Source of the DNA: the human T2T-CHM13v2.0 reference genome, Homo sapiens | Length of the DNA stretch: 64,000 bases | Assembly (NCBI GenBank): GCA_009914755.4 | Contig: CP068257.2 | Coordinates: 2,848,001-2,912,000, forward strand | Direction: 5' to 3' | Shown here: piece by piece, positions 14,381 to 27,905 of the stretch | Numbering within the stretch: position 1 is the stretch's first letter | How the letters are laid out: each line of letters begins with the position of its first letter | Program-made: the position numbers and the translations under genes | The notes under the pieces: model-generated | Seen by the model: the letters and a program-made list of their open reading frames with translations, nothing else | Told to the model about the DNA's origin: nothing | Database searches by the model: none

Positions 14381-15854
14381 CAATACCACAGGAAAGACAG
14401 AACCAGAAAAAAAAGAAGCAAACTTAAAATGCACAGAAAACTACAAATTTACAATAGTAACTCCTTACCTATCACTACCTTACAAATAAAAAGATTAAAG
14501 TATCTACTAAACAGATACTGCTGTACACTGAATGTCATCTCCAAAATTTAGGATAAAATTTAATAGCCAACATGTTAGAATTAAGAGGTGGAACCTTTAA
14601 AAATTAATTAAGCTCTAAGAACTCTGCCCTCATGAATGGATTAATGTTCTTATTATGGGAATGGGCTAATTTTAACAAGAATGGATCTGTTATATATTAA
14701 AAAAAAAAAGCTCTCTCTCCCTCACATCTTTGTCTATGTTATTATCCAGCAACTAGACCTTCAACATATACCAGTATCATGTTGTTTTGGCTTCCCAGCC
14801 TCCAGAATCATAAGTCAAATAAAATTCTATTCTTTATTAATTACCAGTGTGTGATATTCAGTTATAGCAGCCAAAAGAGACTAAAGCAGACAGAGTGGAT
14901 AAATTAATCTTTCAAACCTAGTAATATGCTGCTTACAAGAGACTCAATTATGAATTAAGAGCATAGGCTAAAAGTGAAAGGATAGAAAATGATATTCCAT
15001 GCAAACAATAACCAAAGGAGTGCAACGGTAATGCTTAAATTAGACAAAATAGACTTTCTAGCAATGTCTCTCACAAGCATGAAATGAGTTTACCATACAA
15101 TAATAATAGAGGTTAATTTCTCAAGAGAATATAGCTTTATATATTTATGCACCCAAAAGGGAGGCTTCTAAATATAAAAAGCAAATATTGCCAGAACTGT
15201 AGGGAGAAGTAGAAAGAAACCAAATAATAGAAAACTTTAATGAAATGTATAATAAAGGACATATAGTTAACAGCATTGTAAATTGGCAAGGGAAAGCTGG
15301 TCTCATGTGTTGCATTTGAGAATGCAGCAAAGAAAGTGGGAACTGATAATTTTACTGCAAGCCTGAGTTAGGATGAAAAACAGGGTGGTCGATTAGAGGT
15401 TCCACTTGCCATACATTAAAAAAACACAGGAGAAAACCAGTCCTCCTCTGGAGTGTTAAAATAATTAAAGATCAGAAAATTAGTCTAAAGTGGCTCTAGT
15501 GCCCTGTGTTCATAGGTAAAAAGCAAAAAACAAACAAAAAAAAATCTAAAACCTAACTCAAATATATTTCCTATAAAACACTATCTTAGCCTGAAGCAAA
15601 ATGCAGGTTTAACCCATGACAAACATGCAATTAACCTCTGAATATGTAACCAGGACATTTCCATCTGGATAGTTCAAATAAGGCTACCATATAACTGGAA
15701 CCAATTCTTGAATTTGGGTTGCTTTCTCATGCATCTTATAAAAGCCTTTCCTTTATGCCCCTCTGGTGGACCAGAAATCATGGCTGGGTGCTTTCCATTT
15801 CACCAATCACTCTTTGTTCAGATAAACTGATGAACCTTTTAACATAGACTCCCG

Positions 15855-16500
15855 TTAATTTTTAACAAGAGAGACTGGGGACCCCACGGGCCGCAGCTCC
15901 TCCCACGCAAACATCCAGTCGCGGTTTTTCCCTGATGACCCACCAGGCCTCCCTGAACAATCTGGGAAATACTCATGGCTGTGGGCGCAGAGCAGGGCGC
16001 TGCCCAGGGACAGGACCGGATGGGCCGGACGGGACGTGGGGGCCCTCGCTGCTGGCCCAGCGGCCATCTTGCAGCCACAGGGGACTGAGGGCCAAGCTGC
16101 GGGAGACTCGGAGCTAACCGTGGGGAGGCCGGTCCTGCCGGTTTCACAGTCTGTTCTCCCCTCTCGGGATGGCGAACCCCGTATACTCACCATTTCCCAG
16201 CTTCCAGGATGTCCTGGCACCTTAACTATGCGTCCCCAAGGACCTACAGATCACAGGGCAACAGGGGCTGTGAGAGAGTAGCCCGGGGCTCCCAAGGTGC
16301 AGGAGGCGAAAGAGGAGACGGATCCCAAGCTCTTGTGCCAGCACCAGCGAGAGACACAGATCCCGCCAAATGCTGGAAGCCACGCCCTCCTTTCCTCTCC
16401 TCTGCCACCGCGCGCCTGATTGGGCGGTTCCCACATCAGTGTCAATGACTGGATAAAACTCCAGGACGCACCCACCCGAGCCTGACTCCTGCCCTTACCC
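15855..16500. promoter_or_regulatory. CpG island (~650 bp, high GC with dense CpG); candidate promoter of unknown gene
   Basis: There is a sharp composition shift and dozens of CpG dinucleotides (e.g. 'ccccacgggccgcagc', 'gtcgcgg', 'ccggatgggccggacgggacgtggggg', 'ccgcgcgcctgattgggcgg'), whereas flanking DNA is AT-rich and CpG-depleted. A TATA-like 'tataaaag' sits at ~15737 on the + strand. Confidence 0.6.
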
Positions 16501-17137
16501 CCACTCCCCCTCAGCCTTAGTGCATTTTTGTTAGTTTGTTTTTCTTTAAGTTCTGGAATACATGTGCAGAAAGTGCAGGTTTGTTACATAGTTTTACATG
16601 TGCCATGGTGGTTTGCTGCACCTATCAACCTGCCATCTAGGGTTTAAGCCCCACATGCATTAGGTATTTGTCCTAATTTTCTCCCTCCCCTTGACCTCAA
16701 CCCCTTAACAGGCCCCAGTGTGTGATCTTTGGTTCCCGGTGTCCATGTGTTCTCATTTTTCAACTCCCACATATGAGTGAGAGCATATGGTGTTTGCTTT
16801 CCTGTTCCCGTGTTAGTTTGCTGAGGTTAATGGTTTCCAGCTTCATTCACGTCCCTGCAAAGGACATGAACTCATTCTTTTTATGGCTGCTTATTATTTC
16901 ATGGTGTAGATGTGCCACATTTTCTTTTTCCAATCTATCAATGATGAGCATTAGGGTTGGTTCCAAGTCTTTGCTATTGCAAACAGTGCTGCAATACACA
17001 TATGAGTGCATGTGTCTTTATGCTAGAATGATTTATATTCCTTTGGGTATATATCCAGTAATGAGATTGCTGGATCAAATGGTATTTCTGGTTCTAGATC
17101 CTTGAGGAATCACCACACTGTCTTCCATAATGGTTGA

Positions 17138-17758
<621 letters not shown>

Positions 17759-19312
17759 AATATCTTCTTTTGAAAAGAGTCTGTTCATATTCTGTGCCCA
17801 CTTTTTGATGGTTTTTTGTGTGTGTGTGTGTGAATTTGTTTAAGTTCCTTGTAGATTCTGGATATTAGACCTCTGACACATGGATAGAGTGCAAAAATTT
17901 TCTTTCACTCTGTAGGTTGCCTGGTCACTCTGGTGATAGCTTCTTTTGCTGTGCAGAAGCTCGTTAGTTTAGTTAGATCTCATTTGTCAATTTTAGCTTT
18001 TGTTGAGATTGCTTTTTGTATTTTATTCATGAAGTCTTTGCTCATGCCTATGTCCTGAATGGTATTGCCTAGGTTTTCTTCTAGGGTTTTTATGGTTTGG
18101 TGTTTTACATTTAAGACTTTAATCCATCTTAAGATAATGTTTGTATAAGGTGTAAGGAAGGGGTACAGTTTCTGTTTTCTGAATGTGGCTAGCCAGTTCT
18201 TTCAGCACCATTTGGTAAGTAGGAAATCTTTCCCCATTGCTTGTTTTTGTCAGGTTTGTCGGAGATCAGATGGTTGTAGATGTGTGATGTTATTTCTGAG
18301 GCCTCTGTTCTGTTCCATTGGTCTATATATCTGTTTTGGTATGAGTACTGTGCTGTTTTGATTACTGTAGCCTTGTAGTATAGTTTGAAGTCTGGTAGCA
18401 GGATGCCTCAAGCTTTGTTGTTTTTGCTTAGGATTGTTTTGGGTTGACCGGCAAACAGGCTCGTATATTTGGGTTCACATGCCCAGAGTATCACAGCTAA
18501 TTAAGACGTGAGCTGAGACTTGAAATGCACATGCTCTTTCCCTTACCTGGGTCTGTTGTATAATGCATCTTAGCAGCTATGTAACAGTAGGAATTAGAAT
18601 ATTTAGACATGTTTTTAGCAACTTTTTAACCTGCATTTTGGTAACGCGGTAAAGACCTTCATCCCGTCCTTGAGCCCCTCTCTCACAACACTGCACCCCA
18701 CTGCTGACCACACTGTGGAGTGGCCATTAGGAATCAGGGGGGCAGCGGGGGCTGGAAATAAATAAGAAAGGATTATGTTGCCCAAATTTGCTCACCTTAG
18801 AAAGTCTCTTCAACCATTCTGTGTGAGGTGATTTTTCCAAGGTAATTGTGCCCTGACTGCGCTGGATGTCAGTGTGTCTTGTCTTTTTGAAAATCACTGG
18901 ATTACTCTCATGAACGGGGTATTTCTCTTTCTATTTGAAAACGGTCAACTGTCCTCTGCAGGTGTCCTGATTTGCTAGTTTAGACACTGAAGGTAGCGGT
19001 GAGAAAATATTTGGGCCACATCAGAATACCTATTCTCAGCTGGAGGATATATAGAAATTTCTTAATAATATCTAACCATTTTCTCAATAACCATTATATT
19101 TAACATTGATAGCTTGGAGGGCAGGGAAGGACACAGATGACACAATCTTCAAAGTTTAATTTATTTATAAGGTTTTTTTTTTGTTCTTGTTCAGTTTTGC
19201 TTAGTTTTTGGATACAAGGTCTTGCTCTGGTGCCCAGGCTGGAGGGCAGTGGCATAATGATAACTCATAATTTGGTTGTAACGGTTCTTTAAAATATATT
19301 TTTGCTGAGAGT

Positions 19313-19602
19313 GCTAGCTCACACCTGTAATGTAAACACTTTAGGTGGCCAAGGTGGGATTATCGCTTGATCCCAGGAGTTCAAGATGAGTCTGAGCAAC
19401 ATAAGTAGGCTCAGTCTCTAGAAAAAAATTAAAAAATTGTCTGGGTGTAGCTTTGCATGCCTGTAGTCCCAGCTACTTGAGAGGCTGATTTGAAAGCATC
19501 ACTGGAGCCTAAGAATTTGAAGATGCAGTGACCCATGATTCAGCCACTGCATTGACAGAGTGAGATATGTGTGTGTGTGTCTGTGTGTGTGTATAAAGAA
19601 TT
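19313..19602 (+). mobile_element. Alu (sense) ending in a (GT)n microsatellite (19566-19602)
   Basis: 'gctagctcacacctgtaatgtaaacactttaggtggccaaggtggg...gtagtcccagctacttgagaggctga...ccactgcattgacagagtgagat' then 'atgtgtgtgtgtgtctgtgtgtgtgtat'. Confidence 0.85.
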
Positions 19603-21364
19603 TGTATGTGAAAAAAATTCAAGCACAGGATAAAAGTGAAAGCCCATGGTGGGGGATGTGGAGAAGGGTCAGTGTGGCTCCAGCACCTCAGTGAGACTTG
19701 GTTTTCCATCTTGAAGAATTGCCCATCCACACTGAAACCATAGCCTAACATATGCCAGTTCTCACACTACACCTGCTGGGATACCAGTATGTAGCCTTTT
19801 GAAAAAAATAAAATCTTTCACCTAAGAGAAGGACAAGAGAAAACGAGGGTTTCACATCTAAAGCCTTCATTTTGTTTATGAATCAACAGCCACTTGTCAT
19901 TTGAATTGTCCAGAGGCGACTGACAGCACCAATACACTTAATGAATCAACCAGGAAAAATGGGCCTCTCAGGTGAGGAGGAGGCACAATGGTCACAAAAC
20001 CCAATCCGTTCTCAGCTTTGCATGGTGCTCGCATCTCAAGAAGTGGTGTTAGCCATGTGAACCGTGTTCACTGGACAAGGCCAGAGGAAAGAATATTTAG
20101 TACAACACAACTATGGGGCTGCAAATCAAACTGGTAGTGAGAGCATGCATGAGGCTTCAGTGGCCGAGACACTGGTGGCTACCCTTCGGTGTCACTTAAA
20201 CCTTTGAGGTGAAGGACATCTTTTTTCCCAACTGGCTCAGAGAAACCAATCAACATTAAAATTGAGATTTGTTTTTCTTTTCAAAATTTCTAAGACATAG
20301 AGGACTCTCTAACACTCCAAAAGAGATTCAGCTATACATGCAGCTGAGGACCTGCCTGCTCTGTAGAGGGATGGCAGAGCAGCGGCCACCAGCTTTAGTA
20401 GCTTTAAGCTCCTCTTCTCATAGGGACAGGTCACCCCCACACAACCCCCCTAACTTCATAGGCTCTGGCTGTCAGGTGCACCTGGGGGACTGTCTTCCTC
20501 CCATCTCATTAGCTCTCGAAGACAGTTCAGCTCAATCTAAAACCTACCTTAGGATGGTGAGTTGTAGGCTCTCCTCCATTCTCCCAGCGCAGTGTGACTT
20601 CTGGAGAGTGCTTCTCCATCCTCTTACCTCAGATGATGTGAAAAGAGCTGCTTCCCGGGTAGTTAGATGTTCAGTGACATAACAGGCCCAGCATGCGCAG
20701 GGCCTGGCCCCACAGCCTGGCACGTCTCCCCTACCTGGCCTTCACGCTGGACTTTTCTCTTCTGCCACAAATATCAGGTGATGATCACCTCTGCCACACT
20801 CTCATGAGCTTGGTAAGTAGCAGGGGTGTAAACCCCAACAGATTTCCTGTGACTCTACCCTCTTACCACACACTCAAGTGACATTATAAGCATACTTTTA
20901 CATTTGATCTTATTTATGCATAATTTTTTTATAACATTTCTGACAACAGCCCACACAACGAAATGAGTCTGGCTTACAGAACACACGGGCGAGGCTGGGG
21001 TAGCATGTTTCAATTACTTTATTCCAATGTGAAATGAAGACTGATGATTTAAAAACAAGACAAAGTTGTTTATCAGCTGTGGGGTGGCTACACTTGCTAG
21101 CTCATGCTCACTTCCTTTGAAACAAGGTATCTGGACAGACCATATTCATAAGTAGCTCTTCGCAAAACCCCAGACAGAAGCCCCAGTCAGACACAGCTCC
21201 CTCAGGCTCACAGGGCAGCAACCTCCTCCTCCATGTTAGGCTCTGACAGCAGGCAAGGGAAGAAGCACAGGCCACAGGGGACAGGGAGATGTCCCGGACT
21301 GTAGGAATCCCCAAATGCCCCAGAAGTATTCTCTGTAGAAAGGCACACGCAGGTCTCACTGTGT

Positions 21365-21460
21365 CAGTGCAGTGGCTGAATCATGGGTCACTGCAGCCTC
21401 AAACTCTTAGGCTCCAGTGATGCTTTCACCTCAGCCTCTCAAGTAGCTGTATGGCAAAAA
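21365..21460 (-). mobile_element. Alu fragment (antisense); the mirror copy lies at ~62575-62672 (+)
   Basis: 'cagtggctgaatcatgggtcactgcagcctcaaactcttaggctccagtgatgctttcacctcagcctctcaagtagctg'. Confidence 0.7.
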
Positions 21461-24400
21461 GCCTCCCATTTTTTTACTTAAAACCTGGACTTTAAGCCAG
21501 TTTGGACCTGTGGATAGTGGCAGCAAAAGCAGCAGCCAAATGTATACACTCCAGATGTCTACACTCATGGGCACAGGCATATTCCACACTTGCTGGAGCA
21601 CGAGAGGCCTGAGAGGCACCTGTTTCCCAGTTGCTAACTGATGTCCATACACCCCATTCACGTGTCTTCATTTAGGTTTCTGCATAGTGTATTTGCTCAG
21701 CCACTGTAAACACATCTTCTGGGGGGCATCATTAATTGCAGCACCTGCCCCACTTGTTCTGGGAGGGAGTCAGGAGGAATCTGGTCAGCTCCTAATCCCC
21801 CAGGACAAAGGTACTGCCCCCTTTTCAGCACTCACATCCAGCAATGCCATCTCTGGATGGGTTTTTCAAACACAAGCAGTATGAGGTAGCAAGAATGGTG
21901 TGACAGGCTCAGGGCCATGGGCAGCCGGTTGCTGGAGAAGCAGCACAGGGCAGGCACATCTGTGGGTGGCACTATGACAAGCCAAGGCAGCCACAGACCC
22001 TAATCCCAACAGCTCCAGCCCAGATGGCATTCAAATCTTCCCAGATAGTATTGGGGTACCCTATGCCCATCACTTGCCTGCTCATTAGCACGGCCTTGTT
22101 GGTTACTCAGGGACTAAGGAGAGAGGGTGGGGGATGTAGATCCAGGGTGGGCACCGCCTCACAGCCAGAGTCCACCTGACTGCAGGCCAGCAAGCAAGCC
22201 CAAGCAGCTCAGCTCTAGTCACCTCTGGCTGTACTTTATGTGTATACATTACATAAAGGTAGCAAACAGAGGTCAACATTAGCTGTTGTGACATGAAAGT
22301 CTATGCCTCATTAAGACCTTAAAATGCTGTTGTCTTAAGCTCTCTTTATTCTAATAAAATTTATACAAATAAACACATGCAAGCTGAAACTACTATAAAT
22401 GAAATATTAGGATTTTTTAAACCCATAAACAGACACGAAGACAGTCACTGTTTGATTGCAGAGAAAGTGAGCTTCTAAAGCAGCTGACCACAAAACAGCC
22501 TCACCAAACCCCAGGCAGGCCAGGCAGTCTGAACACTACAAGGCCACGTGATGGTCACAGAGGATGACAGCTCCCGTGAGTATTGCAAGGCACTGTGTTA
22601 GCTTCTCACTCACAGTCTCAGAAAACCCTGTGAGGGGAGGCCCCGTCTCACTAGAGCACAGGAGGTTCCTGAGCTTTTCCCAGAAAATGGTCATCAAACG
22701 ATGGAGCAGGGGGAAGCCCAGACAGAACAAGTGAGTCCCTAGGGTCTCCTTAACCTCCCTCAGCTCCTCCACATGGGTCCCTGAGGGAAAGTGAGCAGCC
22801 TCCTAACCCCCTTGATAGGGTTCCAGTCCTGCAGGTCGGACTCTCTTATTTTATGCTACCATAGCGGGTGACAATGCAACCCCAGGCCCCTTATTTGCCA
22901 TCCCTCAATGCCAGGCCAGGCCCAGAGTCCTTTGCTAACACAGCCCAGGGGATGCTCAAGGCCCACCTCGGCACAGTCACCTGTAGTGTACTGAGATGAG
23001 CAAGGAGGTGCAAGTAGACACAAATCCCCATGGGCTTGGCCTCAGGCATGTTCCACAGGCTCAGGGCCTCGCTGATGAGCTCACAGCCCTCCTTCAGGAA
23101 GCCTGCAGATCACACCCTCAGGGAGCAGTGCTCAGATGAGCAGGCAGGCCCCACATCCCCCACCCCATGACGCTCTGTTCCACTTTGCAGGCTTCTGCAT
23201 TGGCCAGTCCCCACTGCTTTCTGGTGAGATGTCCGAGTTGAAGTGAGTGTTGAATGCCACACAGCTGATGGGGCTCACTGCCTTGCCCATGTTGTAAATC
23301 ACCTCCTGGCTTCAAGGGTCAGCTGCGGAGACACAGCTTGATGGGAGGTAGGCCCACTCCACCATCAGTAGTGCTGGGTTGCCCTGATCTGCACCTTCCA
23401 GGTCCTTCCTGAGATGTCTGCATGCTTCTCTAAGGGACTGGGTCACGAGACACCCCTGGCAAGAGTCAGCTGGCAGAACAGGCTGGACATTCTCCCTCAG
23501 CCTCCCCAGCAGCCCCGCCTGTGCTGTCATCTGTGCTGATGATCTCCGTGGTATGATTATGGGAAATTTTTTAAAGCATCTTTTCCCCGTTCATTTCCCT
23601 ATCTTAATAACAGCACTGATAACTTTTAAGCCCTAGCAAGCTGAAACTGCAAGACACATGATCTTCTGCCTTAGAAGGGCCATGTTTGGGCAGTGTGTGC
23701 CCAGGTGAGAGCCCCATGGTTGTTAGTGGCAGCCGGGAGCTGGATGGGCCTGGCCCCATAGCCTAGTGAAAAGTGGGACCCTCTCCTTCCAGAGCATGGA
23801 AGTCTCAGAGGCTGGAAAAAGGTGCCTGAGTGGCCTGCCAAGAAGCAGAAGGCTAGAAGGCCTGGAAAGAACCCCAACAGCCTTCAAGCTGCCTGAGAGG
23901 GCTGGGCTCATTCCAGCTTTCTTTGCTTTCATCCTGTTAGCAAGAAAACCTGCTCACAGATGGCAGGCGGGCCTGAGGCTGCCATTCCCTCATCAGGGGC
24001 TATAGGCACCTTTAATGTGGCTCTTTCTTGAAGCAGCTGCTCAGGCCGGTTCTCGAAGAGCAGTTCCCTCATTATCCACAGGTCCTTCTTCCAGCCCCGT
24101 GCCTGCAGAGGGACTAGGGAGGGAGAAAATCTCTCAGCCTGTGCCCCACAACCTGCTTTGAGACATCTCTTTTGTTACTTCCTCACAGACAGCCTGAAAC
24201 TTCCAAATGAACAGACCAGAATGGAGCCTCCAGGAAAGTGTACAGAATTCTGTCTAGTACCCAGAAGGAAGGGGGTTCCCAGTGAAGGCAGGGCCAGGCT
24301 GCATGCACCTCTTCAAAAATATTCTCCTCATAGTCCACCCTCAAGGTGTACATCCTCTGTGTGCTTGCAGTCCATGGCAGCCTCTGCCTTGGGAACCGTC

Positions 24401-25782
24401 CAGCTGCACACCTGCAATATGGTGGTGACCCTCTTGAATGGATGGTTCTGGGCCCCATTGCAGGCAGCAGATAGGGAGATGCTCAGCCCATCAAGCCCAG
24501 AGCCCTGCCACAGGCTTCTTTGAGGCCTCCACCTGCTCTGGGTTCTTGCCCTGAGAGGCTGCCCTGAAGTCAAACAGAAGCAGGTGGGACTCTCTTCCAC
24601 AGCTGCTCTCTCTCCCACTGACAGCTCCCTAGAGGGTAACTCAGACAGAGAAGATAGAATTCTCAGGCAGAAGGACAGGAGTTTCGGCTGCCGATTCATT
24701 CCATACCCCCACATGACATGACACAAGGCAGGGGCTGTGGGACAAAGTCATTGCCTTTCCTTCTGGCATGAGGAATGCCTTAGGAAGCAGGTCTGGTGGG
24801 GCTAGGGTTGAGCGATAGGCTTCAGACCACAAGGAGTGGATGGACACTGAGCAAGTATCCTGGTTATCTGTCCACAGATCCAGAACAAGTGGCATCCCAG
24901 GAGCCTGGGAGGGGCTGGCAGAGACTTACTGTGTCCAGCAAAAGCCCCATGTGGATGCGGTAATGCTGCCTGCTGGTCCTTGGCTGTAATTACAAACAGG
25001 TACATGAGGTCCCCATGGATCTTGCAGCTCTCAGGGAGTGGGTTCCAGCTGCTCATGGTAGGCACTTTTAGTCACTGAACGTGCTTCAGGAATGGCCAAG
25101 CTTGATTAAGCCAGGCGTCTTGCTGTGAGACCCTCCACCCAACTGAGGACCCTCTTCCTTGTCCCCCCTGACAGTTTACCTTCCAGTTCTGGTTCTGGAG
25201 ACACGATGGCCCTTCTTGGGCCCCTGGGAGAATGTGCTCAGATGACACACAGTCGACAGGACCCATTTCCAAGCCATTCTTCCATTTCCCACTGTTTGAG
25301 GGGCCGAGGCCGGTGATCAGCACAGGGCCACCCAGGGCCAGCTGTCTGCACCTAAACGTCATGTTGGTCTGGATGTCTCAGGGCCAGAACTCTCCAGGTA
25401 AGATGGCCTGGTCCTCAGCACCTGGCCTCCATGCTCCTTTTTCCTCTGTTCAATCCTGGCCCCAATGCCTCCCGCAACTCTCAGGTCACCATTGGAGAAG
25501 ATGCTCAGGAAGAACAAGGAGCTGCAGTCAACCCTGCTGAAGGTGGCATATGGGTCCAGGCTCTTGAGCTGGTCTTTGACATGGTACATGTGGATGCAGG
25601 CTTTGAGCAGTGTGAGTAGCTCTTTCCGGAAGGAGGGGAAAACGGTGTTACCAGGGTCCTACACCCTAGAACGACCCATCTAGCACAGAAAACAGTTTGC
25701 AACGTGCTATTATGTGTGATTTTAATTTTGGGCTTTAGGCTTTCATTTCCAAATTCCACAATAAACACATAAGGTGGAGTTC

Positions 25783-25857
25783 TGATTTCAACACACACAC
25801 ACACACACACACACAAGCACACACACACATTCTCTCTCTCTCCCTCTCTCTTAGAAT
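25783..25857. repeat. (CA)n(CT)n compound microsatellite; the partner copy at ~58238-58268 is ~28 bp shorter
   Basis: 'acacacacacacacacacacaagcacacacacacattctctctctctccctctctc' against the right arm 'gagagagggagagagagagaatgtgtgtgtgtg'. Confidence 0.9.
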
Positions 25858-26099
25858 CTTCCAGTGCATTCACACTGAAAGCCGAAGTCCTCCCAGAATC
25901 TTGTGAGAACCTAAATGATCTGAATAGTTTGTCATTGCTTTTGGGGATCTGGGAAAATCTCTGCACATTTCTGGACACCGCTGTTATGCCATTTTTAATA
26001 AATCTGTTGTGCTTCAATTCAGAAGTGTGTGAGGGGAGTTGTGGAGGAATTGGCATTTGGGTTAGAAATTCCAGGAACAACAGAGACAGATGACACCTG

Positions 26100-27600
26100 T
26101 TTTCTGCTTCATAATGTCAAGTTTTATGAAGGCTAAAACCTAATTCTACAAAAAAATTAGACTGAAAAACTTTATAGGCAAAAATTATCTTATTAAATAG
26201 GAAAATCTAATTATTTTATTTTAAAATTTTCTTTTCTTTAGTAGGACCTAATCATAGAAATTTAAACACTGTATGCCAACAGCCTCTACTGTAGGATGGT
26301 TTATTGTAAGTACTCATTTTACAGATTTCTTACAAAAACTTTTTCCGTAAGGGAAATTAGAATATTGTTCAACATATATTGAATTCACAATTATTACCTT
26401 ATTTCTCACTTATTATTTTATGATTCTGTTTTCTTTAATATGAAGATTACTATGACTGTGTTTTCACTTTCTGAATGATCATGTGTCACATTTTTCTGTA
26501 ATTTCAGTTTGAGAAGTTGTAAAACAGCATGCTCAAATGTATATGTTATGTATCAATTATATAATTAATTATTAAAATATTTGGCTTGTATGTTTAATTG
26601 ACTCTAGGCACAATATTACTATTAGCATTTTCTTCCAGTTTTCCCAACTTTTATTTGACTAATAGTACAATTTATTTCCAGTTTTTATTTTATCTGTCAA
26701 TGTTTTATACTGTATTTACAATATTTATATTGTTACCATATGTAAAAATGTAAGACCTTTCTATTAAAGGCTAGATTACAGCCTTACCCTTTTGGGTAAG
26801 GAAAGAAGCAATGCATCAGTAGCATAATTTAAAACTTTCTCTAGTATTACTTAAATTTTTATTCCTTAAAACTTTCTCATCACATCTCTTTTTAATAATT
26901 ATAATATGGTTTCTTTGAAATGTTGTTGCCCTAATTGTATCCAAATAATTCAAAATTTATACTTTTTATGGATTCAAAGGAAGAGTTGAAAATTGTAGTT
27001 ACCTAGGATTCTTTTTCAGTTGGACACTATGTTTATTCAGGATTTTATAGATCAAAGTTTCTCTTAATTATGTTTTAGAATTTATGTTTCTGTATTTTTT
27101 AGAGTAGGCTGTCTCACAGCAGTTAATTGTGTTTTTACTTTCTACCTATTTATTATGATTTTGAATTACATTATTCAAGTAAGAATTCGGGGAAGGTTTC
27201 TTTTAAGTTTGTTTTGCAATTTTGCATTTCTGTGTTTCGTGTTTTAGGGTAGGGCACCTTACATCAGTTTATTGTTTTTAGTTTGAATTTATATAATATA
27301 ATTTTCTATGACAATATTCAAATCTGTACAGCTTAAGACAGTGTGAGGCAAAAAATATGAACCATCCCTATGGTCTTTTGTTAATATAATGATTTAATTG
27401 TTTGTTTGCTTGTATAAATATTGCCCCTATTTTGTTTATGACTTGTGTTATTTTCTTCTTGTTTGATGGACAATAATTGATTCTGTCTAAGTGAGTAATC
27501 ATGGAAATTGTCTTAATTTCAACATCTATTGTTTATATTATCCTAGTGTGAAAGAAAGACTTATGCGATTTGAAGATAATTTTTCAAAAACTTTGTAACT
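26100..27600 (-). mobile_element. old L1-like AT-rich interspersed repeat (antisense); mirror at ~56480-57980 (+)
   Basis: AT-rich and stop-rich with L1M-like 3'-region texture. The family assignment is tentative. Confidence 0.45.
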
Positions 27601-27614
27601 CTCTCTCTTCAGGT

Positions 27615-27905
27615 GTCTTTACTTATTTATTTATTTTTTGACAGACTCTCACCCTGTCGCCAAAGTGCAGTGGCACAATCTTGGCTCACTGCAACCTCCA
27701 CCTCCCAGGTTAAAGCAATTCTCCAGCTGCTGCCTCTTGAGTAGCTGGCATTAAAAGTGTGCACTACCACGCCTGGTTAATTTTTGTGTTTTTCATAGAG
27801 CTGGGGTTTCACCATGTTGGCCAGGCTGGTCTTGAACTCATGGCCTCAAGTAATCTGCATGCCTCAGCCTCCCAGAGTGCTGAGATTACAGGCATGAGCC
27901 ATCTC
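27615..27905 (-). mobile_element. Alu (antisense) nested in an L1M; present in both arms (mirror 56155-56458, +)
   Basis: 'gacagactctcaccctgtcgccaaagtgcagtggcacaatcttggctcactgcaacctccacctcccaggttaaagc...cctcccagagtgctgagattacaggcatgagccatc'. Confidence 0.9.

Noticed and set aside
15839-16475. Several overlapping 70-120-aa ORFs on both strands
   Set aside because: They lie in the CpG island, where stop codons are rare by composition. No ORF there shows similarity to a known protein, and ORFs in multiple frames and on both strands indicate a composition effect.
15855-16500. CpG-rich block as an SVA element or L1 5'UTR
   Set aside because: There are no CCCTCT hexamer run, tandem VNTR units or SINE-R portion. 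The adjacent L1 is oriented so that its 5' end would lie on the other side, and the sequence does not resemble the L1PA 5'UTR.
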